Positions 12,454 to 25,000 of a stretch of 64,000 nucleotides of DNA are shown here, piece by piece (within the stretch, counting starts at the first letter, position 1; each line of letters opens with the position of its first letter). Below the pieces are notes generated by a model that was given only the letters and a program-made list of their open reading frames with translations, searched no databases and had not been told where the DNA came from. Where the stretch lies: contig CAJINV010000008.1 of assembly GCA_905178155.1 (NCBI GenBank), positions 2,733,303-2,797,302 on the forward strand. The letters are read 5' to 3'. The DNA is from Amoebophrya sp. A120. Its lineage: Eukaryota; Protista; Dinoflagellata. The position numbers and the translations under genes are program-made.

Positions 12454-13841
12454 TTTGGCTACCTGTGTTCCCGATCACTTCCGACCGAAACCAAAAATCC
12501 GAGCGAAATTCGCACGAAAAAGTCCTGGTTGAGATCGCGGTTCGCAGAATTCAATACTAGTCTGTGACCAATGTCGTTGAGCAGCGATGACCTTATTGTC
12601 GTGCAGCAAGCTGCTCCCATCAGGTCGAAATCACGTGCAAACAAGCGACAATGCTACGATCTGCATTTCATTTCACACGCAGCACTCAAAAACCCTCACC
12701 GGACCAATAGCCTCCGAAGTAGCCTCGCCGACTGTTCGGGCATCAAATCTGGGGTAGACGTACCTCGAGGAACGTCTCTGTGCATGCGTTCCTTCATCTC
12801 AGCTCACACACTCGCTCGCTCCGCAACAGCGACCATCCTCACGTAACGGTTTCGAAACTGGAGGAACACGGTTCTTGGGTTTACCCAGACAGCAAGCCTT
12901 CGTGATCGACAGTCAGCCCTGAGCAATTTTCTATATCTAGAGCAGCCCGTTCCATTTGGTTTTCAGCGCACACGCGCACCTCTGCAGCATCTGTGTAACC
13001 TCACTCTGTCGCATGTGCGAAGTAGAGATCCGCCCATTCGTAGCATTGGGAGTCACATCTCTGCGGTTTCACCACGGTTGCAAGAAAGGAAAGGCATTTG
13101 TACTGAAGCGCTCGGTCTAGTCCTTTCTCGGAGGCAATGCACTTGGACTAGGCGCCTAGTAGTCGCAGACTCTCACCAAAAACAGTGCCAAAGTTATAAA
13201 TCAGGCTTTCCGGGGGTGTGAATCAATATCAAAACTCCGACCAACTACGACAGAGGGGTAATTTCCTGTCGCGACAGATAGCGATCCGTCGAGGACCGGT
13301 GTTCTTTCCCTTTGGATTCAGATTCCGTCGAAGAAACAACCCGACAGAGTGAAGCACCTGTCCTAGGAAATAAGAAGCCGCTAGAGGTCTTTCGCCGTGG
13401 CGGTATTACATTGGTGTGGGCGTTTAAAACAAACTTCTGATCGTGCGAGGAAGTCCGAGAGAAACGACAGTGGTGCGACGATCCGATGCTGTATCGAATA
13501 CAAGTCGCACGGTATTGTGTTTCTCAGCCAATAGCGTAGAATCACAATCAGGAATTAAAGTTTATGTTGATAAAGCAGGCTGGTTAATAGTGGAGAAACA
13601 AGTGTAGTAAAGCAAATAGTTTTAAAACTGAACCACATATAAAAATCTGAGCGAAAAGAGCCCTGACCGGACTGTCTTGATTGTAAAAAGTGAGGATAAA
13701 ATTTCTGATGGAACTAAAGCGCAGCAACTGACTCGTACCCGAAAGTCGTCGTCTTCGCGCTAGACGAAATAGGAATTGTTACAACATCAAGCACGATTAT
13801 AGCTACTGAACTAACCACAACACGAATAAATGCTGCAGCAT

Positions 13842-14717
<876 letters not shown>

Positions 14718-15850
14718 CTTGTCTTGTTTTTTTGGACTGAAACCAAAAAAAGCTTCTCACAATCCTATTCAATCTTCAAATCAAATTGTGTTTCCTTTCT
14801 GGCTGATGCAGTCAGGATCTTTTCTGTCTCTCCGTGCAATCTTAAAACCCTGCGGTTTCTGAGGTCCCTCAAAACTCGCTAAACTTCCTGGAGACCGTGC
14901 CCGCGTTCGCAGCAGTGGCTCCTGTCGTCGGACAAAGCTAGCAGTCTTCTCCTCCTGTTCGTTCACGATGAAAGTGAAACCGGGGTGGAGCTACTGAGCT
15001 ATATAACATTTTTTTATGCTACTCTCATGTGAGGGGATAGACATAGAGGGTGCCATAGTACAAATCGCTCGGAGTCGCTCGCTTTTCAGGAAAAGAAATC
15101 TAAATCGGCACGACACGAAGCGCATCTTGTTTTAAATTTAAAACGAGGTTCCAAATAAATTCCCAAAGACGTGAACACAAGCAGCGACAAGGTGCTGCAC
15201 AATTCGAACCGACGTTGGCCAGCGTCACTTGCAGTGCTTTTTCGGCCATCGAGCAAGACCGCAGGCTTTTCGGGGCGCTTTGCTCGAGTGGGTGCGCTGA
15301 TACATAATAGTAGCATACGTAAACACCAATTTTTGACATCATTTACAGTCCAGTATTTCTACGGCATTTGACCGGTACATTAACGTCTAACTACGATGAT
15401 AGTAGTTTTCTTGACAGAAGTTGTTCTCGCGGAGATGTTCATACATTATAGGTTCCATAATTTTACACGTTTTCATTTCCTTCCGCTCTTCGAACGCCAG
15501 AAAATTAAACTAATTCTAATTTTGATTTGATGTTCACACTCCGAAGTAGCAGATCCGTGGATTGTAACACGCCGCTTTGTACAGAACTCGTTTTGGTATT
15601 TTGTGATTGACATTAAGAATCGCCGGTAGTGGTTTTTAAATTTAAAGGTTTAGATACAGCTCACTCAACCTTTTTGGCATACGCATCGTTTTTCTTCTCG
15701 TTTCATATAAGAGGTTCGAGCAGAACCAAAACACTGTCTGCCTTTGAAAAAATTGTCGAATGGTATCGCGGCCGGCGCTCCCGGTGGTCTGCATTTCTGG
15801 TTGTCCTTCCTCTTGCGCCCGCGGCCGCGTCTAGTGTGCTGCTAGCGGCA

Positions 15851-18800
15851 TTACTTGAACATCCGGCTCAAGAAGCTGCGTTTTTTCTTCAGCGCCTTTG
15901 CTTCCTTCACGCTGACGATAGGATATCCCGGGCAAATAGATGCGCACTCAACCCGCCCTCTTAGTGTAACTTTTTTTGCTCCTTCGATAACAGCCCTGCT
16001 CTCTCCCGTATCTTCTCGAGTCGTGTAGTATTTTTTTCCTAGTGCCGCCCAGAAAACATCTGCGCAACTGACCGACCTCATAGTGCACAGCGTTTGTCTG
16101 TAATAGCAAGGACTTTAAGCAGGCATGATCATGAATGTTTGCTTTTCCTTTTACAACGACAAAATAAATCTCCGGTAACGCCGAGTGCGCATCCAAATTT
16201 CCATTGAATAGCCCCTCATCGGCCAACCATGACGAAGCGAGGACGAACCCATTGACTGATTTGTCCGCTGCGGAGTACAGTTTCTGTGCGTATTCCAGTG
16301 GGAACTCCTGCTGAAGGAGCGCTAAAAACTCCTCGCCAGAAGGTGTCGACGAGAAAATTGATAACATTTGCAGTTCGCTCTCGTCACATGAGTTACTTAC
16401 TTTATGATTTACCTAGCGCGTTGGAAGGGGACGCGCGGATTCGGAGCCAGCGTAAAAGCTCTGGGGCTTCCCTGAACCGCTGGGTTTGCACTGCCAGAAT
16501 CGTACATGTTGACATAAATGCCTTCGTCGTCGCAGACCCGGTTCCAAAAAAGTAAGTGAGTAAAAGCGGCTGTGTGCATATCATCACATAATTCGGCTCA
16601 CGAATTGCAAACATTTGCCTTGCGGCCGCTTTGGATAAAAATTGGCTCAGTCAGCCGTTTGTGCAGCAGCTCCGCTACTTTCTTGTCCACTTGCAATCCA
16701 ACCGTCTCCGCTTCCCCGACTTGTTGAACCTGGTATTTCAGCATGTTGTACAATTTGCGGTCACAACGAAGAAATTATGCAGGAATGATGAAGCAGTCGA
16801 ATTTAACACACCGGCGCATCATCGAAACAACAATATAGACTTGCACATTATGTACCTCTGCAGCCCACTGGTCGACCTCGTACTGTCCTTCTAGGAGTCG
16901 AACCATCAGCCCTGTGGCCTCTGCCTCCGAGAGGTAGAGCGGTAGCAGCATGGACAGACACTTGCTCCACTCCGGTATGCTCCAAAAGTTCAGCAGGATC
17001 TTGGTCAGTTTCGGCACGTCCAGGGCGCAATTGCGCAACTTCACCACCAGCCGCCGACACACCAGGTTGTAGTGCTCCGGCGTCAGGTCTACCGGCTGCT
17101 GCAATTTGTCCGTCGCTCTCCTGGGGTGAATCTGAATGTCACCTTCTGATGTCTTGTCGACCAGCGAAATCAAAAAGTCCACCTGATGGCTTGTCAGTCC
17201 CTGGGGAATATGGAGCGGAAATGCCATAGCAGTTCTCTTCTCGCAGATCGCTGACTGGTATACGACTATTTTATTTCCGACCTGCATTATTTACAACCAC
17301 GCGGCGCAGAATGTAATTCATCCGGCACACGACAATGCTCGACGCACAGATTGCATGAACAGTGCGCTCTGCTTCATGTAGAGGTCCCTCCGCAAACAGA
17401 TGACAGATGTTGCTGCTGCGCATTTCAAACTTGGATAATCGATCTGGCAAAGCTTGGCCCGAAAGTCCGACTCTGGCACAGTGGATTTGTTTTTTGTCGT
17501 CGGGCTTTTGTCTCGAAACAGTGGCTCCGGGTCTTGCAGCAGATCTTGCATCACCTGAAGAGTCGACTCAAACACAGTGTACGTCGTTTGCTTTCGCTAT
17601 ACCGCTTGGAGAAGCATTTTTGTGCCGTAATGCTGCCAGCGTCTCCATTCGAGTCGTGAACTAGAACTAGTACTGACGCAGCAACCAAGTACAGACGACT
17701 TCTCTATAGATACCTTGCCCCAGCTCGGCACGGCGTTGAGTATGGTTTCGTCTGCCATCAAGAGGTGCGTTTCGAATTCGTCGATGTTCACCTGTCCCCC
17801 GCTCTCCTCGCTGACCAGCATGGCGCAACACTGGTGCAGCTCGGCCCGGGACACCCCAAAGGGAATGTCGCTGCACAAGTCGATGAAGGCGTAGGGGTTT
17901 ACGTTCTGGTTCTGCTGGAAGTACACCTGCCACACGTCCTTCAGCGTACAGTGCACGAACTTCTTTTTCAGCCGCGCCCAAATCACCCGCAGGTTCTCCG
18001 CTGTCATCGCGCGAAACGGCGTTTCGGGGGGCTTCCCCAGTTTCGAGATGCTGCCCGAGCGGCTGTTCACCGTGCTCTGCGGATTTATGCTGCTCGGCCC
18101 CCCGCCCCCGGGCGGCACGGGGATCCCGAGCGGGGCGAGTGGCGGCGCGCCGCGGCACGTGAAAAACTGCGTGTGGTTGTTGGCGTTTGTCCCCGGGCTT
18201 CCGCCGGGCGTGGAATTCGTGAAGTTCAAGCTCTGCTGTGCCTGCAGCGCGGTGGACGTGAAGGGGTAACACTCCACCTTCGTTTGGAACACCTGCACGA
18301 AGTCCCGGTAGTCCACGTCCCCCACCAGGTTTTTCTCGCTCGACATCAACGCCAGCATCACATTCCGCTGCGTGTAATTTTTTGGAAAAGGTACTAATTC
18401 ATTGTGCAACTCACGACCTCCTGCAGATGCGGAAACTGGTGGCTTAAACAGTGTGAGCCTCACTACAGTAAACCCTACCGTCACTTTGCACGGCACCCAG
18501 ATTGTTGTACAAGTACGTACCTCGTTGTTCTGATCTTGCAGGGTGTGCGCGATGGATATTTTGAACGCGTCGGCCGTCACTACGCCGCGACGCTCCGGGT
18601 CTGCGGCCGTGCACCTCTCAAACAGCATTTGCAATTTTTCTGGGTCAAACAGATCCCGGACCGAAGCATCCACCCGCTTCGCGAGGGGACCCGGAGCGGT
18701 GTTTAGCTGCTCTGCGAAGTGAAACAGGGGAATCCTGTGGGTATAGTTTTTTCGGGGCAATCAATGGCTGTTCACAAAATTCATTCACATCCAGCAAAAA

Positions 18801-21246
18801 CGTCTAACATCTCAGTTCGGTTGTTATCGAGCTCTCACTTCGTACTACTCCTGAAACGAAAGCAATCCACGTACCCACTTCCTGCAGCCCCGCCGGGTGC
18901 ATTGGCGTCGGCCATTGTGCTGGCCGCCCCGGATGCGAAACAGGCTACCAGAAAGTTGATCTCCGGGCTGGAGAGGGCGCAGTTGAGCGCCTGCAGGGCC
19001 TGCACGAACTCCGGGGTCTGGAAAATGCCGTCGCCCTTCTTGTCGAAGGAGGCGAACGTGGAGATCCAGTTAGACTTGCGGGTCACCAATATCGCCCGTA
19101 TCCTGGCCATCAACACCTCGAATAGCTCTTGATTCTCCGCCGGGATCTGCAGCGCCGTAGTGCTAGGCCGCGCAACCTGGACAGGTGGCGACGAGGGCGG
19201 GGGTGGTGGGGGGCCCGGCCTCTTGGAACCGGGCGGCGGCGGACCCGGTGGTGCTGAGACTGACAGTGGTTTTGCACCCGGTGGGGGAGGCGGCGGTCTG
19301 CGGAAAAAAAATTTTCTTGCGTCAAGTCATTGTGTGCGTCGACCGATCGTCGCTCCACCTACCGCTAGAATACAGCAAACATAGCGCTGTGGCTGTGTGC
19401 AGACCTCCTCTGGCAGCCGCCGGGAAATCTCGACACAGAAGCTGCACCTATTTCAAAACAAACTGGCATCAAACACAAAAAAGACATTTCTGCACTTTAT
19501 TGCCGCCTCGGATTTTGGTTTTCCGCGAACGGGACTCAGGGAGATGAACGGGTCGTTGTCCGGCGGCAGTTGCAGCCTCTCCGCGGTCTCGCTCTATCCA
19601 AGAAAAAAACATTGTAGGTGTAACTTTTTTGGAGGAACAGCATTAGAAATTTGTCTGGCATGACAGCAAAAACCTGCCATGCGCAGATAGTACGTGAAAA
19701 CGCCCTTTAATGGACCCTACGACGCATGCCAAGCATGACAGACGCAATCATCTTGCATGTTGCGCATCACAAATTTACACTAACAGCGTTTTTTTCTTGG
19801 ATACGCTCACGTAGGGGTCCAGTAATATTTCCGTGGTTTCCGGCCGCGCCTCCGCAGATTTGGTCAGGAGTCGCTTGATCAGGTCCATCAAGCGCGTGCT
19901 GTACTGATCTGGGATGGGGTCGTAGTGCTCGGAGACGATTTTGTACACCAACCCGAGCAGGGAGGAGGACTCGAAGGCGTGCTTCAACATACACAGCTCG
20001 TACAGCATATCACACAGAAAAAAGCTGGCAGGGCATGTTTGTAATGCAAAAATAAATACACTGAAAAATCTGCATTGCATATCCGAAACAGCATGCTATG
20101 GGGCCACCCATGGCGAGTTTTTCTGTGTATTTGTTTTTGCATTACAAATATGCCCTACCAGCTGTTTTCTCTGGGATACAGCACGCACCCCAGCGCCCAC
20201 ACGTCCGACTTCCAGTTGTAGGGCTCGCTCCGGCACACCTCGGGCGACATGTAGTAGGGCGTGCCCACCACCGTGACCGCCGCCTCGCGCGTCCCGTCCA
20301 GCACCCGGGAAATCCCGAAGTCCCCCAGCTTCACGTTGTAGTCCTGCAACGGCGGCGTGGCCGCGTTATCGACAACCCCGGCCAGCGCCGGGCTGTTGCT
20401 GCCGTCCAGGAATATGTTCGAGGTTTTCAGGTCGCGGTGCAGAATCTTCTGTCGGTGGATGTAGTTCAGCGCGTGCAGCAGCTGCGTGAACCAGCGCATG
20501 ATCACCACCTCCTCCAGCTGCTCCTTCTTCTTCGCGCAGGACTTTATCAACTTCCGCAGATCGCCGTGCGGGGCGTACTCCATCACGATGACCAAAATGT
20601 TCAAATTGAAGGTGAGCGAGAAACTTTCGATGTACCCGTATTGTGAGGAAATATCCCCCCACCCCATATCAAAACGAAGTTTCTGATGCTGGATTTGAGT
20701 ACACAAATCAGGTTTGTCTTGCAGAAAGTGCTTGGCGGCAATTTCTGAGCCTGTGTGGGTATGCAGAAGGCTAGCAATTACGCATGGAGCACAGGTTTGC
20801 AGTAGCCGAAAGCGCATGACAGATTGGCTTTGGAATGCGCCACATGGCTCCTATTACCCTATATGCAAGACAAAGATGATTTGTGGCCACAAATCAGCAT
20901 CACAAATTTCCATTTTGATATGGGGAGGGGGGATTTTTCCTTTTGATAACCCGATGATGTGCGGGTGCCGCATCTGCTGCAGCAGCTGGACCTCCTGCTG
21001 CGCCAGCTTCTGATCGTGCTCGTTGAGCGCGTCCACCTGCACCGACTTGGCGACCAGTTGCACGTTCGGCTCCCCGCAGCGGCTGACCAGCTGCGCGATG
21101 CCGTACTGTCCGCGGCCAATCACGGAAACGCGGTTGTAGCCGTACTCCGACAGGTCCGGCCCCGAGTCCTTCTTCTTGGTTGCCGGGTCCGCTGGGTTGT
21201 TGTTCTGGCCGTTGGCATTCGCCAACTTCATAATCTCCTCCGCCAT
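15851..21246 (-). CDS. NIMA-related (NEK) kinase followed by a Pro-rich linker and several EF-hand-like repeats; multi-exon, 3' part less certain
   Basis: IGRGQYG, VAK, HPHIIGYIESF, ILHRDLKTSNIFL, VKLGDFGISRVL, VGTPYYMSPEVC, KSDVWALGCVLYELC. Then FASFDKKGDGIFQTPEF, GDVDYRDF, GQVNIDEF and LVDKTSEGDI. Confidence 0.8.
17209..17437. mobile_element. Degenerate introner in the NEK gene
   Basis: TAT..ATA ends, residual TIR (gaaatgc..agcag), flanks TCGAT/TTCCC; element+5 removal gives LCQID-QGLTSHQVDFL. Confidence 0.55.
19595..19803. mobile_element. Introner in the NEK gene
   Basis: TIR tatccaagaaaaaaac extending imperfectly to about 30 bp; perfect TSD GAGCG; removal gives DPYVS-ETAERL. Confidence 0.92.
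20008..20178. mobile_element. Introner in NEK kinase subdomain IX
   Basis: TIR of about 60 bp with few mismatches; perfect TSD TGCTG; removal restores WALGCVLYELC. Confidence 0.95.
20639..20948. mobile_element. Introner, family A (related to 30669-30980), in the NEK gene
   Basis: Imperfect TIR of about 85 bp (tatcaaaaggaaaaatcccccctccccatatc...); perfect TSD CGGGT; removal restores HPHIIGYIESF. Confidence 0.95.
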
Positions 21247-22091
21247 CTTGCAGCTACAACTGCTCCTCAGGCTGTTTAATACACCAGATGATCGGGGGTG
21301 ATTTTCGGAACGGCGTCGCTGCTTGTCGTGGTATCAGCTCCTTCTATTTGCGCTTCACCATTTTGTTCCCTTTTTTACCAGGCTGAACACAGGGCTCTCA
21401 TCTCCAAGCCCCACCGGCCCGCTCCCCTGGGGATTTCTTCAGCACTACCTCCTCCACTTCGTTTGGTTCCAGCTTTCTGCTGCTCCTGTTTCTTTCTGCA
21501 AGACCATGCAGCTCCTGCCACGGCGAGCGGTTCCCTATGTATAGTTCTCTCTGGCCTTTTTTCGTGTTCGGGGGTGGGCGCGGACTCAGGCCAGGTTTGA
21601 AGACTGGATCGCGCAGGAGGTGTCGCCGTCGTGGGGCCCCGGTGGATTTTCAACGAATACGTACACAAACTGGCAATACGAGCGTACTAGAACAAGCCCG
21701 ACGATTAGAAAATCACCTAGGCAAGAAGAAATGCAGAAGATTGCGTGTCTGATCACTAAAGCCATCAAAACCGTTCAACCCGCCAAGTGCAGCCCTGAGT
21801 TCTCTCTCTTAGTTGGTCGCAACCGAAGAAAAAAAATTAACATAGTTCGCTCGACAGCAATAGGTTCCTTCCCGCGGCTTTAGCTGAAACGGATGACAAA
21901 AGAAATAAACGTGACGACCAGAAAAGCGATTTCTATACTCGCTTGCGCGAAATTCTGAAGAAGAAAAACACAGACGCTTGAAAAAGCGATTCGCATACCA
22001 TAGTTGCTCTTCAAAATATATCGAGACGCGCTGATTGTCGCGGCAAGTCACACCTTTTCACTCTAAAAGTTTCACAACATTTTCACTCTCG

Positions 22092-25000
22092 TCAGTCATT
22101 TGTCGCCTTCTGATTTTTTCGGGTCGCAGCTTTGCTTTTAGTCATTTTGTTCATCTTACCTGCCACATCATTAATGACAGCGCCTCTGTCTCCGCCGGAG
22201 TCGCCTATTTTTATCTGCTCTCTCGCCATCTTAACGTGGTTCTGCTGTCGCTTCATGGCCTTTTTCATCACGCCCTTACTTTTCTTGCTTCGCTTGCCCT
22301 GCCGCCCCGCTCCGCTGGGAAGTTGGTGTTCCGGTGGCGGTGCGGCGAACAAAGCTGTTGGCAAAGCGTCTACCATATCACCGACGTTTTCGAGATCCGC
22401 GGGCCCTGGACGGTCTTCAACAACCGGAATAGTAGTACCGGTGCTTTGCCCCTTCGAGGCCGCAGAGCCGTGTTTGCTGGCTCTCCCAGGCTGCAACGGA
22501 GGCAGCCTTGACGCATGGCTCGCATTTACCTCGACCTCCTCCTGCCCGAACTCCATCAAAAACCACTCTTCCACCTTCAGAATGCACTGGTACAAACCGT
22601 GCTCCGTGCACCCACAAAGCCGCGCTAACTCTGTGATCAAGTGCACGAACAGGGGCGGGAGCTGCTGGAACGCGGTGAAATGGTTCATGCGGTAGGCGCG
22701 ACTGAGTTTCCTGCTCTCGCTGGTCTCTTTAATATTGCTCGTGAAAACTCGCCCCTCCAGCAGGCCTTCATCCTCGGAGTAAAAATTACCTTCAAGCTTC
22801 ATTTCGTGGTCACTGTCGTCCGAGAAGTCGTCCGGTTGCTTCTTCTCCTGGCTAATCATCAGCGCGTCTGGGTTGGGGAAACGGGAAAAGTTTCTGCCAT
22901 CTCGCTCTCCGTCCTCGTACGCGTGCAGCAGGAAAAAACTTGCGGAAGAGGACAGCTGCGAGGGTGCTGCCTTTCGTCCAGCCACTGTCGGCAAGGAAAC
23001 CCCCCGTCGACTTGTTTTCACGTCATTGGTGTGATTGCTGAGCTCCTCGCTATCCTCGCTGAATCGATTTTTCACATTTCCTGCAGGTAGTTCATCATCT
23101 TGTTCCGCCGCCCTCGGGCCTTCATGCAGTTCCGTCCGCGCAGCAGCCTCCTTTCTTAGCTGCTCGAGGCCTAGAATTCGCTGGCCGAGTTGAAACAAGG
23201 GCTTCCGCCAGCCGTACAACGCGTCCAGATCGACGGTCGCTGGCTGTTGCAGCGGATCGTCGCCGGCGCGACTTGCTATTTCTCCCGCACTTCCCCCGCA
23301 CCACTGCTGCAGAAAGTAGTCGCAGAACTGATTCTTCTCCAGATCGGTGCACCGACTCCACCGCCCGTAGTCCATGCGGCCGCTGTTCGCCAAAATCTCG
23401 AGCGCGTCGCTGATGCGGCTGTCCGCGATGCCCCGGATGCGCGACGCCTTGTAAACCGACTCGCCCCGGGACAGCACCAGCTCGTTCCAGTACACCGGGG
23501 CCCGCCACGTGTCGCCGTCGGTCCGCTCCCGGCACGTGTGCATCACGGCGGACCGCCAGGCGTGGGCGCTCCGCGACCGGGTTTTGTGGTCGGCCTGCTG
23601 CCACCGGAGGTGCGCGGCGGAGGGGAGGATGGCGGTAGTGAGTGGGAGGAGGGAGAACGGGGGGGAGGTATTTTGCTCCGGTTTTTCTTTTTGGAGGCGG
23701 TTGGAAGTAATACGGTTGCTCCTGTTGTGCTTTGCCGACGTCGATGTGCCTTTTTTACCTGGAGTCGCTTCATCCCCTTGATGTTGTACTTCCGAGATTT
23801 CCGACGAGACGGACTCGGTTTTTTTCACATCAACGGCCAATTTGACCGCCAGCACCAGAAAAGCAGCCGCCCACTGTGGACCGGGGTGGTTCTCCGAGAG
23901 GAAGGGCAGTTGAACGATCTGGCTCGGCTGAATGAGAATCCTTTCTCGATTGCTGCTGCTGCTATTGTCGATGCGCTGGCTCAACAGAGTTTGGTTTTGG
24001 TCTCTCGGGTCGAGCTGTAGTTCTTGCTCTATCGTCTTTCTCCCCTCCTCCTCCTCGGCTACCGCGGTAGCCTGCGCGCTGGTCAGCTGCCGCAGTGTAA
24101 AGATATTGCTGGCGTTAAATGCTGTATCATGTGCACAACTATTGCCAGCACTACTACTGTCTGCTTCAGCGTCTCGTGCTGTGCCGGAGTTTAGTTTTTG
24201 CAGCAACGAGTTATTGCAGCCATTAGGTCGTTGGTCTTGCTGGTTAATATGGTCTTTCCGCTTTCGAGAAAAGCTGCTCGCTAGGGGTATCGGCAGTTTC
24301 TCGGCGAGAAGAGGGATGGCGTCTTCCTCTTCTGCATTCTCCTCGTAGGTGCTCCGGTTTTGCGGATCGTAAAGAACGAGTTTGCTTTGTTGGCGCACCG
24401 CCACCTTGTTTGAAGAAGCTACAAGATTCGCTTCCTCTTTTTCGTTTCCACCGACGTACGGGACTAGCGCAGTGCTTCCTCCCCCGGTCGCACTTGTTCC
24501 CCCCTCGGCAACTACTGCAAAGGTCTCCGCGCCAAGTCCGGATGCCGCCGGTTTCTGCAGTAGCTTCTGTTGTGCCTGTTCTACCCACACTGAACAGAGT
24601 CTTGCTGCGATCTGCGGAATCTTATCCGTGTCCGGGAAGAGAAATCTTCTGTTCTGCACGTTAGACAGAGCTCCGTCTTTCCGGCTGAGAGTATGATTTT
24701 TGCTCTCGTTTATTTCTAGTTGCTCCTTATGCTTTCTACTTTGTTCCTGTTCCGAATCGATTTGTCGTACGACCGCCAGCTTGAGCTCCATCGACAGTCT
24801 TTGGATTGCGTGCATCACCGGATAGGCAGTCACCGAGTCGAGCCGTTTCAGCTGCGCGGAGAACCGCAAGGCCCGGCGCATGCAGAGCAACGTTCCGAAC
24901 CGTAGGACCATGTTCTCAACGGTCTTTTGCCCGGGGAGACGGGGAATGTCGAAAAACGACGCGTGCGACTCCACAAGCCGGTTTTGATGCTCTCCTGGGC

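Noticed and set aside
12440-12460. tccgtggccgccattttggct resembles the dinoflagellate spliced leader (CCGTAGCCATTTTGGCTCAAG)
   Set aside because: It is antisense to the gene and is simply the reverse complement of the DNAAF1 start context agccaaaATGGCG; the match is partial.
16731-16855. Short TAC..ATA segment that could be a tiny introner
   Set aside because: An in-frame GT-AG intron explains the junction and the TIR is weak.
19298-19526. Short inverted repeat gcggaaaa..ttttccgc with imperfect direct repeat in the NEK gene
   Set aside because: A canonical intron (AA|GTGCAG...CCGCAG|A) gives an in-frame join AAIKPPPP.
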